Below are positions 9,426-18,706 of a stretch of 64,000 nucleotides of DNA, in pieces. Position 1 is the first letter of the stretch. Every line of letters begins with the position of its first letter. The position numbers were made by a program, and so were the translations under genes. Source of the DNA: a virus; IMG/VR virus record IMGVR_UViG_3300021964_000036, positions 18,492-82,491 of that record; one strand, 5' to 3'. Under the pieces are notes generated by a model. It had not been told where the DNA came from. It did not search any database and was given only the letters and a program-made list of their open reading frames with translations.

Positions 9426-9785
9426 ATGGCAAAGGCTTACGTAAGAAATAAAGATCTGATGGCTGCAGTATTAGAGTCAAAAGAAAAAGGAGAACTTACT
9501 TCAGAGACTATAGAGATGTTTGGTCTTATGGTTCAGGGTATATCTAAAAAGATGGCATATAGGGATCCCGAAGACAAAGCTGATTGTATGGCTTTTGCAA
9601 TGGAGGATCTTTGCAAATATTGGAATAGATTCAATCCAGAAAAATCAAACAATCCGTTTGCTTACTATACACAAATAGCAAAAAATGGGTTTGCTAAGGG
9701 GTGGAAAAAAATACATCCTCCGAAGGCACCTAAAACAATACCATTTTCATATATCACTGGAGACGACAATACGTATAATGTGTAA
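9426..9785 (+). CDS. gp55: T4 gp55-like late-transcription sigma factor
   Basis: YVRNKDL at the N-terminus and FNPEKSNNPFAYYTQIAKN, typical of gp55. Confidence 0.85.
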   Translation: MAKAYVRNKDLMAAVLESKEKGELTSETIEMFGLMVQGISKKMAYRDPEDKADCMAFAMEDLCKYWNRFNPEKSNNPFAYYTQIAKNGFAKGWKKIHPPKAPKTIPFSYITGDDNTYNV

Positions 9786-9787
9786 GA

Positions 9788-10273
9788 ATGCCAGATATAA
9801 AGAAAATAAAACCCAATGGGGATTATAAATCTGGACTGTATGTACCACAGAACCCAGATAAATATATCGGTGATGTTCACAATATAATATGTAGGTCCTC
9901 TTGGGAATTTAGATTCTGTCGCTATTGTGACAATAACGATCGCATCTTGAAATGGAGCTCAGAGCCAATATCAATTCCTTATTACAACCCTCTTGATAAA
10001 AAAGAGCACCAGTACCATGTTGATTTTTACATGCAAGTGCTAAAGGACGATGAGCAAACTCAGGATTGGATTATTGAGGTAAAACCAGAAAAGCATTTTA
10101 AGAAACCTATTCTTGAGGGTAATAGTACTTTAAAGAAGTTAAAGTCTTATAATCACAAGATGCAAATTTGGATTACCAATCAGGCTAAATTCAAAGCAGC
10201 TCAGAGGTGGGCAGATGCTAGGGGCTATAAATTTGGTGTGGTTGATGAGAATTTTTTATTTAAGAGCAAGTGA
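9788..10273 (+). CDS. gp4: head completion nuclease (T4 gp4-like, TnsA-like fold)
   Basis: P.NPDKY.GD...I..RSSWE..F...CD....ILKWSSE...IPY..P.D...H.Y.VDF...IEVKP...NQAK. Confidence 0.88.
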   Translation: MPDIKKIKPNGDYKSGLYVPQNPDKYIGDVHNIICRSSWEFRFCRYCDNNDRILKWSSEPISIPYYNPLDKKEHQYHVDFYMQVLKDDEQTQDWIIEVKPEKHFKKPILEGNSTLKKLKSYNHKMQIWITNQAKFKAAQRWADARGYKFGVVDENFLFKSK

Positions 10274-10875
10274 AATCCTTTGAAGATCAAATAAAGGATC
10301 TAAGGTCCCAATATTCGTCAATAGCACAACTATCCTCTGAATCCAACACTTACTTCAAAAAAAGGTATGGACCTGGAGGTGAAGGAGGGACTTTGGATTT
10401 TAATGGAAATTTTATACCTGGTAAGATCTATACTTGTGAATATAAAACAAAAACAAGAATATCCGATAAAACCCCTTTTATAGACAGATCTCCGATATTC
10501 ATCTTTATGAAGAAGGAGAGATATAAGGGTTCCGAAATTCTAATATCTGTTGATCTAAATGTTATTCCACCTGATTATAGGGGAAATATTATGTTTAAAC
10601 TATGGGATCAGTACTCCTCATTATTTAAAGACAACTCTAAATTACCATACACATCTCAAATACCTATTACTAACATAACAACTTCTTTTAATAGATTACT
10701 TGCTGGAACTGGGTTTCAAACAGCGTTAACTGGATTCAAAAGGGAATATGCTGATAATATTAAGGTAGTTGACTATAAAGATTGGGTAAGAATTCCATAC
10801 CTTTCTGATTTTATAATAGAGGGTCAATCTACTAACGGGATATATAATGATTATAGATCGAAATTAAATGCTTAA
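10270..10875 (+). CDS. gp2: DNA end protector-like protein (T4 gp2-like)
   Basis: PGKIY...Y..K....PF.D..P...LN.IP motifs; located between gp4 and the portal. Confidence 0.6.
   Translation: MKSFEDQIKDLRSQYSSIAQLSSESNTYFKKRYGPGGEGGTLDFNGNFIPGKIYTCEYKTKTRISDKTPFIDRSPIFIFMKKERYKGSEILISVDLNVIPPDYRGNIMFKLWDQYSSLFKDNSKLPYTSQIPITNITTSFNRLLAGTGFQTALTGFKREYADNIKVVDYKDWVRIPYLSDFIIEGQSTNGIYNDYRSKLNA
10839..10846 (+). promoter_or_regulatory. putative late promoter GATATATA for the portal genes
   Basis: Within the 3' end of the upstream gene, about 65 nt before ATG 10910. Confidence 0.55.
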
Positions 10876-10909
10876 CATTTAGTACAAAAACTAGATTACA
10901 AAATTGTAA

Positions 10910-12529
10910 ATGGCCGGATTTAACGAAAACCAAGAAGGAAGCCCGATATTCCAAAGAATCAGAGAGTCTGTAAAGTCCCTCAGTAACTTTGGTATGCGTT
11001 ATGGCGACATGGTGATTAAGAATTCCCAGGCAATCGGAACTACGGAGGCTGAATTCATGAAGAGGCAATCTGTCGATGACGAAAGTTTGCTATATTCATT
11101 AGGCCGACAAGATACCACAACAAGGCAGTTTATTGGTTATTACGATAAGGATTATGCAGGTAAGAGGGATTATCTTCGAAAGTTTGCACTTAATCCTGAG
11201 ATAGAATACATTCTAGATACTGTTTGTGATGAATCTATAACTTTTGACTCCTATAATTTCTTTGCGTATCCAGCTTTCCTGAACCTTACTGATGTTAAAG
11301 ATAAAGTTAAGGATAGAATACAAGAGAACTATAAGAAGCTTTACGACATGTTTGGCTTCACTGATGATATTACTGCCTGGCAGTATTTCCGCCAATTGAT
11401 GGTAGACGGATTCTTAGCCTTTGAGATTGTTTATGATGATAAGGGTAAGGGAATAATTGGGTTTAAAGAACTTGATGCTACAACACTAATGCCTTCGGTC
11501 GAAAAACAACCTGATGGTACTTATTTAAATGTTTGGTATCAATATCCAAAGGACATCAATAAGAGGAGAATGCTTTATGATTCCCAGATTATTTACATAT
11601 CCTTTGCTAAAGGTAATACGGTTTCAAGAGTTAGCTACGTTGAGAGACTAATAAGACCTTACAACGTACTAAGAATAATTGAATATACCAGGGTTATTTG
11701 GTCTGTAATGAATGCTTCATTTAGAATGAAGATGACTGTTCCTATTGGTTCTAGATCTCCCCAAAAATCTATGCAAACCTTGGGCGAGCTTATGAGCATT
11801 TATAAGGAGGACATTAGATTTAATGATGAAAGTGGTGAATTAACAGTAGATGGTAGACCCAAGATACAATTCTATAAGAATTACCTTATGCCTTCTGGTG
11901 TCAACGGTACACCAACTATAGAGCCCATTAATAATGCTGGTCCTAATTTAAATGATCCGCAGCCGCTTGCTTATTTTTATGATAAACTTGTCCAAGAATC
12001 CAAAGTACCTTTTTCCAGATTCCAAGGTCCTGATGGTGGGTCTATTGGAAACTATTCAAACGGAGCAGAGGGACTTGACAAGGAGGAAATAAGATTTGGT
12101 AAGTTCATAAGTAGACTGAGGTCAATCTTCCAAGATATCCTGGTTAAGCCACTATGGATACAAATGTGTAAGGATTTTCCCGAACTTGAGAAAGATTATC
12201 TATTTAAGAGTCAACTTGGTCTTGAATATGTTTCTGACAATCCTTTCAGAGTCAATCAGGAAATTGAAGCTATGCTTAAGAAAAAGGATCAAATCGATGG
12301 AATGTATGGGTTAATTGACGATTCTGGTGAACCTTTTTTCTCTCTTGCATATCTTATAGAATCTCATTTAGGAATGAATGCTGATGACATTAAAGCTAAT
12401 AGAGAAGCAAGAGAAAAAAGGAAAGAGGAGGAAGCTAAGAAAGCGAAAGAAGAAGGTGCTGAGCCGGAAGAAGAAGGTGCTGAGCCGGAAGAAGAGTCTC
12501 CAGCAGAAGAAACACCCCCTCAAGAATAA
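10910..12529 (+). CDS. gp20: portal protein, copy 1 (T4 gp20-like)
   Basis: PEIE..LD.V.DE, VDG, SYVERLIRPYN.LRI.E, KVPFSR and EEIRF.KFI.RLR motifs. Confidence 0.88.
   Translation: MAGFNENQEGSPIFQRIRESVKSLSNFGMRYGDMVIKNSQAIGTTEAEFMKRQSVDDESLLYSLGRQDTTTRQFIGYYDKDYAGKRDYLRKFALNPEIEYILDTVCDESITFDSYNFFAYPAFLNLTDVKDKVKDRIQENYKKLYDMFGFTDDITAWQYFRQLMVDGFLAFEIVYDDKGKGIIGFKELDATTLMPSVEKQPDGTYLNVWYQYPKDINKRRMLYDSQIIYISFAKGNTVSRVSYVERLIRPYNVLRIIEYTRVIWSVMNASFRMKMTVPIGSRSPQKSMQTLGELMSIYKEDIRFNDESGELTVDGRPKIQFYKNYLMPSGVNGTPTIEPINNAGPNLNDPQPLAYFYDKLVQESKVPFSRFQGPDGGSIGNYSNGAEGLDKEEIRFGKFISRLRSIFQDILVKPLWIQMCKDFPELEKDYLFKSQLGLEYVSDNPFRVNQEIEAMLKKKDQIDGMYGLIDDSGEPFFSLAYLIESHLGMNADDIKANREAREKRKEEEAKKAKEEGAEPEEEGAEPEEESPAEETPPQE
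12449..12490 (+). repeat. 2 x 21 bp tandem repeat (EEGAEPE) in the portal tail
   Basis: GAAGAAGGTGCTGAGCCGGAA occurs twice exactly. Confidence 0.9.
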
Positions 12530-12539
12530 GAAATAGAAG

Positions 12540-14141
12540 ATGGCAGGTTTTTTAGATTACGTACAGGAACGATCCTTTTTAGGCAACCTTTATAAGAATT
12601 TGTCTAAGATAGGCAGATTTGGGATGGAGTACGAGGATATGGTTATTCGTAACTCTCAAGCTGTTGGTGCTACTGAATCTAATTTTTTTAATGAGCAAGG
12701 TACCGGGTTTACCGAGAATAATGCATTCTATTGGACGCTAGGATATCAGGATACAAAGGTAAGAAAATACATTGCTTACTTTGATAAGGACTATTTAGGA
12801 AAAAGAGACTTTCTGAGAAAGTTTTCATTAAATGGTGAGATTGATTTTATTCTCGATACACTAACTGATGATGCTATAAACTTTGATGATAAGAACTTTA
12901 TTGGTTACCCCTCTCTTGCAAACATAGACATCAAGCCAGAGTTGGTTGATAAGATAGATGATGTTTATCGAAATATTTATATGCTTTTTGGCTTTCAGCA
13001 AGGTATAACAGCATGGCAGTATTTTAAGCAATTCCTAGTTGATGGCTTCTTAGCCTTTGAGATAGTGTATTCTACTGATGGAAAGAAAATTGTTGGGTTT
13101 AAAGAACTTGATCCCACATCTTTACAACCCGCTACTGAACCACAGCCAAATGGTGAGTTCCAACAAATTTGGATACAATATCCGGAGGACAATAAGATGA
13201 CTCGAAAACTGAAGAGTGAGCAGGTCATTTATATTTCGTATGCAAAGGGAAATACGATTTCTAGAGTAAGCTATGTTGAAAGGTTGATTAGATCCTATAA
13301 CATTTTAAGGATCATGGAAAATACCAGGGTTATTTGGAATGTGATGAATGCCTCTTACAGACTTAAGTTTGTTATCCCAGTTGGTTCTCAGTCTCAACAA
13401 AAAGCCATGCAAACTCTCGGGCAGCTAATGTCTGTTTATAAGGAAGAGATGGAAATAAACGATTCATCTGGCGAACTAACTGTAAATGGTAGACCAAAGG
13501 TTCAATTCTACAAGAATTATCTTTTCCCGGAAAAGGACGGACAATCCCCACAAATAGAGACGTTAGATCCGAATGGCCCTGATTTCAATGTAATGGACAA
13601 TGTTCTTTACTTCTACAATAAATTAAAACAGGATTCCAAAATTCCTTATGCAAGGTTCGCTAATAGAAATGGAACACCTGCTAATTACCAGATAAGCATA
13701 GATCAATTAGAAAGGGATGAAATAAGGTTTGAAAAATTCCTTACCAGACTTAGATCAATTTTCCAAGAGATATTGGTAAAGCCATTGTATATTCAGATGT
13801 GTCTTGATCACCCGGAGTTAGCTAAGGACAGGAATTTCAAATCCAATCTTGGATTAAGCTACACGAGGGAGAACATGTTTGAAGAATTTATCCAACTTCA
13901 GAACTATACCAAGAGAGTGCAGTTTATAAACGACCTTGGAGAGATGAAGCAGAAAATAGGGGAAGAGGAAGAATCCTATTTCGACAAAGACTTCTTAATA
14001 AAAAGATACCTTGGTTTAACCGTGGACGAGTACAAGAAGAACGAAAAATACAAAGAAATCGAATCTAAAATAGCCGAGGAAAAAGCTAAGAGTCAAGAAT
14101 CTTCAGGTGGTGACGAAGGTGGTGAGTCATTTACCCTCTAA
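12540..14141 (+). CDS. gp20: portal protein, copy 2 (T4 gp20-like)
   Basis: Same motifs as copy 1 (WQYF.Q..VDGFLAFEIVY, SRVSYVERLIR, DEIRFEKFLTRLRSIFQ); full length. Confidence 0.88.
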   Translation: MAGFLDYVQERSFLGNLYKNLSKIGRFGMEYEDMVIRNSQAVGATESNFFNEQGTGFTENNAFYWTLGYQDTKVRKYIAYFDKDYLGKRDFLRKFSLNGEIDFILDTLTDDAINFDDKNFIGYPSLANIDIKPELVDKIDDVYRNIYMLFGFQQGITAWQYFKQFLVDGFLAFEIVYSTDGKKIVGFKELDPTSLQPATEPQPNGEFQQIWIQYPEDNKMTRKLKSEQVIYISYAKGNTISRVSYVERLIRSYNILRIMENTRVIWNVMNASYRLKFVIPVGSQSQQKAMQTLGQLMSVYKEEMEINDSSGELTVNGRPKVQFYKNYLFPEKDGQSPQIETLDPNGPDFNVMDNVLYFYNKLKQDSKIPYARFANRNGTPANYQISIDQLERDEIRFEKFLTRLRSIFQEILVKPLYIQMCLDHPELAKDRNFKSNLGLSYTRENMFEEFIQLQNYTKRVQFINDLGEMKQKIGEEEESYFDKDFLIKRYLGLTVDEYKKNEKYKEIESKIAEEKAKSQESSGGDEGGESFTL

Positions 14142-14152
14142 TTATTAGTTAG

Positions 14153-15160
14153 ATGCATCTAAAAGAAAGATTAGCTTCAAAGACCATATTGGTCGTTGGT
14201 GATATTATTCTGGATCACTACATTTATGGTAAAGTTTATAGGGTTTCCCCAGAAGCTCCAGTTCCTGTTGTCCTTAAGGATAAATCTACATATTGTTTAG
14301 GAGGATCAGCTAATGTTGCCCAAAACATAACATCCTTTGGAGCAAAATGTTATTTACTTGGGGTAGTTGGTGAGGATAGTACTGCTATAAAAATTCATAA
14401 CCTTTTATCTGAGAAAGAGGTCCTACCAATGCTTGTAAAAGACCCTTCGAGACCAAGTACGGAAAAAACAAGAATTATTGGGAATGGTCATCAGATAGTA
14501 AGAATAGATTCTGAAGTTGATGTTAATGTCTCTGAAGAAATATCAGATAAGGTATTTGAAATGTTCATGTCTATAGTGGAAGACCTGGATGGTGTAATTA
14601 TTCAGGATTATGGTAAGGGATTGCTCAGTAGATCTTTGGTTAAAAGGATTTTACAAGAGACTAAGGAAAGAAACATACCAACACTTACTGATCCCAAGGA
14701 TAAAGATTTTTCTAAATATACAGGATCTGATTGGATTAAGCCAAATTTCTTAGAATTTAAGGATTCCCTTGGCATTCCTTCAAACAGATCTTTGGATTCT
14801 TTGGATGTTATAAAGTTAATTGACGAACTTAAGCAAAAATTTAACCTAAGCAGTGTACTTTTGACACTCTCTGAAAATGGGATGATTGCAAGGTCTAAGT
14901 TTGATTTTGAATCTATTGATGGTATCCAGATAGAGGTAACTGATGTTTCCGGTGCTGGTGATACGGTAAGTGCTGTTTTTATGCTTCTTTTATCCAGTAA
15001 TATTTCTCTTAAGGATTGCTTAAGAATATCCAACCTTTCTGGATCTATCGTTTGTCAAACATCTGGGGCTATTCCGATTGACATTAATACCCTATTCTCT
15101 ACCTTGCATAAATACTCTTGGATTGTGAGTGATAAAACGGGGGAACCAGTTCTCCTATAA
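14153..15160 (+). CDS. rfaE1: D-glycero-D-manno-heptose-7-phosphate kinase (RfaE/HldE domain I, PfkB family)
   Basis: ILVVGDIILDHYIYG.V.RVSPEAPVPV, GGSANVA.N, DYGKG, DPK, KPN, DVSGAGDTV. Confidence 0.92.
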   Translation: MHLKERLASKTILVVGDIILDHYIYGKVYRVSPEAPVPVVLKDKSTYCLGGSANVAQNITSFGAKCYLLGVVGEDSTAIKIHNLLSEKEVLPMLVKDPSRPSTEKTRIIGNGHQIVRIDSEVDVNVSEEISDKVFEMFMSIVEDLDGVIIQDYGKGLLSRSLVKRILQETKERNIPTLTDPKDKDFSKYTGSDWIKPNFLEFKDSLGIPSNRSLDSLDVIKLIDELKQKFNLSSVLLTLSENGMIARSKFDFESIDGIQIEVTDVSGAGDTVSAVFMLLLSSNISLKDCLRISNLSGSIVCQTSGAIPIDINTLFSTLHKYSWIVSDKTGEPVLL

Positions 15161-15187
15161 TTATTTTTTTAGTACGTTCCATTTAGT

Positions 15188-15195
15188 TATATTTG
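15188..15195 (+). promoter_or_regulatory. Bacteroidota-type -7 element (TAnnTTTG)
   Basis: TATATTTG 17 nt before the ligase ATG. Confidence 0.55.
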
Positions 15196-15212
15196 TAGTA
15201 TAATCATATAAT

Positions 15213-16559
15213 ATGAAAAAGGAACTCGAGATTTTTATCCAAATAGAGAGCCAATCTGGAAACGGATCTCAAAAGATAAAGCAGGATTTAATATCTGACA
15301 ATTTGTCGGAAAAAATGGAATATCTGTTGGATGTTTGTTTTAATCCATTTGTTACTACAAAGCTTCATAAGATTAATCTAATAGAATATACTCCAGGAAG
15401 AAAGTATTCAAAGGATCCTGATGAATTTTGGAATACGTTTAAGGATTTGGTCGAAGAACTTAAGCAAGCACCAGCAGCTAATGATTCTCTTAGACAAAGG
15501 GCGGAAGATTTGATAGATCATACTTTTTCGCCGGATACTGAGGAGGATATGGGAATTAGAAAGATGCTTATGAAAGTCCTTACAAAAAGGATGAACATTG
15601 GTCTTGGAGCTAAATTAATTAATAAAGCTGTTGGCAGGGAATTGGTCCCAGATCCTTCGTTAATGCTAGCCACTGATAAACAAGAGGAAATTGAAAAGTG
15701 GGATAAAATTTATTGTGAAGAGAAATATGATGGGGTTCGTGTTATTGCAATGATGAATCCTGACACCTCATTTTCATTTTACACCCGTGCATTCAACGAA
15801 CTTGACTCATCGAAGCTTAGTAACATTTCTAGGGATTTGTCTGCTATTTCAAAGAAAGCTGGCCACAGTTCTATTTTTTACGATGGAGAGCTAACTGACT
15901 TAAATAGAAAGTCTGTCTCTGGAAAAGTGACACAGATTCTTAAAGGCACAGCCCCAGACGATATAGATGCAAACTTCCTTTTTAATGTGTTTGATTTAGA
16001 GGATAGCTCAACACTTGAAAAGGGTAGGGGCTCTGTCCTTTATACGGAGAGAAGGAAGAGATTGGCTGAAACCTTAGATCTTCTCCCACCAGTATCAAAC
16101 ATAAAACTAGGCCAGATGTGGGAGGTTGGTTCTATGGAGGATACTTTGGTTATCTACAAGGATATTGTTAACCAGGGTGGTGAGGGTGTTATATGTAAGA
16201 ACGATCATCTTTATGAGTGTAAAAGAAGCAAAAGTTGGATAAAGCTTAAAGAGGTTAATGATTGCGATCTCGAGGTTGTTGGCTGGTATCCAGGTGAGGG
16301 AAAAAGAGAAGGTTTTATAGGTGGGTTAGTATGTACTGATAAATCTAAAACCCTCAACGTAAAAATTGGTGCTGGATTTACTGACAAGGATCTAGAAATA
16401 CTAAGTGCAAACCCAGATGACCTGGTAGGTAAGATTGCAGCTGTACAGTATAACGTAACAATTACTGACAAGTATGAAAATCGAAGTTTATTCCTTCCAA
16501 GATTCATAGAAATAAGGAACGATAAATCTGACCCAGACGACATGTCTAACTTGTTCTAA
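15213..16559 (+). CDS. lig: ATP-dependent DNA ligase (T4 gp30-like)
   Basis: EEKYDGVR (motif I), DGEL, FNVFD, EGVICK, WIKLK, and SLFLPRF..IR.DK. Confidence 0.95.
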   Translation: MKKELEIFIQIESQSGNGSQKIKQDLISDNLSEKMEYLLDVCFNPFVTTKLHKINLIEYTPGRKYSKDPDEFWNTFKDLVEELKQAPAANDSLRQRAEDLIDHTFSPDTEEDMGIRKMLMKVLTKRMNIGLGAKLINKAVGRELVPDPSLMLATDKQEEIEKWDKIYCEEKYDGVRVIAMMNPDTSFSFYTRAFNELDSSKLSNISRDLSAISKKAGHSSIFYDGELTDLNRKSVSGKVTQILKGTAPDDIDANFLFNVFDLEDSSTLEKGRGSVLYTERRKRLAETLDLLPPVSNIKLGQMWEVGSMEDTLVIYKDIVNQGGEGVICKNDHLYECKRSKSWIKLKEVNDCDLEVVGWYPGEGKREGFIGGLVCTDKSKTLNVKIGAGFTDKDLEILSANPDDLVGKIAAVQYNVTITDKYENRSLFLPRFIEIRNDKSDPDDMSNLF

Positions 16560-16563
16560 ATGG

Positions 16564-16591
16564 GAAACTTAAGGCTCTTTTTTCTGTACAA
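16564..16591 (+). promoter_or_regulatory. putative phage ECF-sigma promoter
   Basis: GAAAC-N17-GTACAA before the clamp loader gene. Confidence 0.5.
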
Positions 16592-16608
16592 GAATAAAGA
16601 GCTTTTTT

Positions 16609-17556
16609 ATGATAGACCAACTCCTTACTGAGAAGTTAAGACCTAAAGAAATCAGGCATATGATCTTACCCGATAGGATCAGGTCTTTGTTTGATAATAA
16701 AGGATTAAACCACAATGTTTTATTGGCTGGATCCCCAGGGTGTGGTAAGACAACCTTAGCTAAGATTCTTTCTAATGATCTCCCACACATTTTTATCAAC
16801 GTTTCTGATGAGAGTTCAGTAGATACCATCAGGACTAAGATAAATGACTTTTGTTCTACCATGAGCATCATGGATGGTAAGTCTTCTAAAAAAGTCGTTG
16901 TCCTTGATGAGTTCGATGGAGCGTCTGACCAATTCTACAAAGCTCTTCGGGGAACAATTGAAAAGTTTGCTTCCAACACTAGATTCATAGCTACCTGTAA
17001 CTGGCTTAACAAAGTACCAGATGCTATTCAGAGCAGGTTCGAGGTAATTAACTTTGATCCAATAAATCAGTCTGAAGAAGAGAAAATTAGGACAGAGTGG
17101 AGATCTCGCATCAAGCTTATTCTAGGAAAGCTTTCTATTTCAATAGACGATGCTTCTCTTGATGAGTTTGAGAAGGAGTACTTCCCAGATCTTAGATCCT
17201 CCCTTAACCGGATCCAATCGTGGGTAATTGAAGGAGTTAAAGAGATCGACATTTCGAGGGTTCGTGATTCTGGATGGTCTTATGAGGATCTATACAATAT
17301 GATATTTACTTCTAAAGACCCAATAGGCAACTACCAAGTTATAGTTGGACAATATTCATCTAAAGTTGATGACGTAATGGCAGCGCTTGGTGAAGAGTTT
17401 GTCCAGTGGATAATGAAGAATAAATCATCCCACGCAAACATCATACCTGCAGTGGTAGTAGAAGTTGCTCATCATCAAGCCCAAAGACAATTGGTAATTG
17501 ATCCCGTTGTTAGCTTGCTTTCTTTAATTTTTAAAATACAAAAACTTATAGACTAA
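16609..17556 (+). CDS. gp44: clamp loader large subunit (T4 gp44/RFC-like AAA+)
   Basis: EKLRP, GSPGCGKTT, INVSDE, VVLDEFD, ALRG.IE, FIATCN, QSRF, PDLR. Confidence 0.93.
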   Translation: MIDQLLTEKLRPKEIRHMILPDRIRSLFDNKGLNHNVLLAGSPGCGKTTLAKILSNDLPHIFINVSDESSVDTIRTKINDFCSTMSIMDGKSSKKVVVLDEFDGASDQFYKALRGTIEKFASNTRFIATCNWLNKVPDAIQSRFEVINFDPINQSEEEKIRTEWRSRIKLILGKLSISIDDASLDEFEKEYFPDLRSSLNRIQSWVIEGVKEIDISRVRDSGWSYEDLYNMIFTSKDPIGNYQVIVGQYSSKVDDVMAALGEEFVQWIMKNKSSHANIIPAVVVEVAHHQAQRQLVIDPVVSLLSLIFKIQKLID

Positions 17557-17846
17557 TGGACTTATTACCAGAAGAGATTAGAAAAAACACATACCTCTAT
17601 AAGTTTTATAAAAGAGGTGAAAAAGCAATGATGTACGAGCAAATAGAACCTGATACTGGTATCACTGTTGCTTATGAAGTGTTTAAGAGAAAAATAGATA
17701 AGCCAAAGGTCGTTTTTGGAATCGAATTAAACGAGAGAGAAATCTTTCCTGGTAATGAGGATTTTGGAAAATGGGCTTGGGCCATTTCTGACGAGCAGAG
17801 AGCATTGAAAAGGTTTGATGCTATAGAGAATCAAGTTGATGAATAG
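17556..17846 (+). CDS. hypothetical protein
   Basis: Coupled to the upstream stop; FPGNEDFG.WAW motif. Confidence 0.7.
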   Translation: MDLLPEEIRKNTYLYKFYKRGEKAMMYEQIEPDTGITVAYEVFKRKIDKPKVVFGIELNEREIFPGNEDFGKWAWAISDEQRALKRFDAIENQVDE

Positions 17847-18183
17847 ACAAGGATTAATATTTTTTCTGATTATTGCATTAGCACAGTCCGGTGCATGGTT
17901 TCAGCAATTTTCCCAAATAAGATGGGTGTGGTTTAAAAACAACACCTGGTTTAATATTGGTGTTCTAGGAATTCTACTTTCTATCTTATTTGTTTATGGA
18001 GCTAAAATAGGATACACTGCATGGGAAAGTGTGTGGAAGGTTAGATTAATACAATTTTCAATAGGTGCTTTCGTAGTATCTTTTTGGAGCTGGATCATTC
18101 TTGGAGAGGGGGTAAACTTAAAAACTTTTGTCTGCTTGCTTCTTGCATTAATGATTATACTTATTCAGGTTTTTTGGAAGTAA
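17836..18183 (+). CDS. small 4-TM membrane protein (DMT/SMR-like)
   Basis: Four hydrophobic helices; ILGEGVNLKT resembles the DMT loop. Confidence 0.55.
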   Translation: MMNRQGLIFFLIIALAQSGAWFQQFSQIRWVWFKNNTWFNIGVLGILLSILFVYGAKIGYTAWESVWKVRLIQFSIGAFVVSFWSWIILGEGVNLKTFVCLLLALMIILIQVFWK

Positions 18184-18184
18184 T

Positions 18185-18706
18185 ATGAAAAGGCTTATAA
18201 TTATAGGAAAGGGCGGGTCTGGTAAGGATCATCTAAGGAAGATTTTGCAAGATAGGGGTTTTAAATACTGTGTTTCCCACACTACCAGACCACCTAGAGA
18301 TGGAGAGGTAAACGGTAAAGATTACCATTTCATTTCTGTTGATGCAGCTAATCACGAGTTTATACGTGCTGGAAATTTTTACGAGTATGTAATTTTTAAT
18401 GGATGGATTTATTGTACATCCCTTAAAGAATTTCACTCGAGTAATCTTTTTATTATGACACCTTCCGGTCTTCTTTCTATGAAGCCTGCAGACAGGAAAG
18501 AATCTATTGTGTTATACCTGGATATTGATGAGAGAACAAGAAGATCTAGACTATCCAAAAGAAACGATGCTGATAAACTTGAAAGAAGGTTAGAAGCTGA
18601 TTATAATGATTTCAAGGACTTTAAGGATTACGATTTTAGAATCACAGACCCTTTCTTCAAGGACCTGGGTGAATGGGGAAATTTAAATTTTTATCAAAAT
18701 GATTAA
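18185..18706 (+). CDS. gmk: guanylate kinase-like protein
   Basis: GKGGSGKD, VSHTTRPPRDGEVNGKDYHF. Confidence 0.9.
   Translation: MKRLIIIGKGGSGKDHLRKILQDRGFKYCVSHTTRPPRDGEVNGKDYHFISVDAANHEFIRAGNFYEYVIFNGWIYCTSLKEFHSSNLFIMTPSGLLSMKPADRKESIVLYLDIDERTRRSRLSKRNDADKLERRLEADYNDFKDFKDYDFRITDPFFKDLGEWGNLNFYQND

Noticed and set aside
10910-14141. Portal duplication as an assembly artefact
   Set aside because: The two copies differ extensively in DNA and protein sequence, and each has distinct termini.
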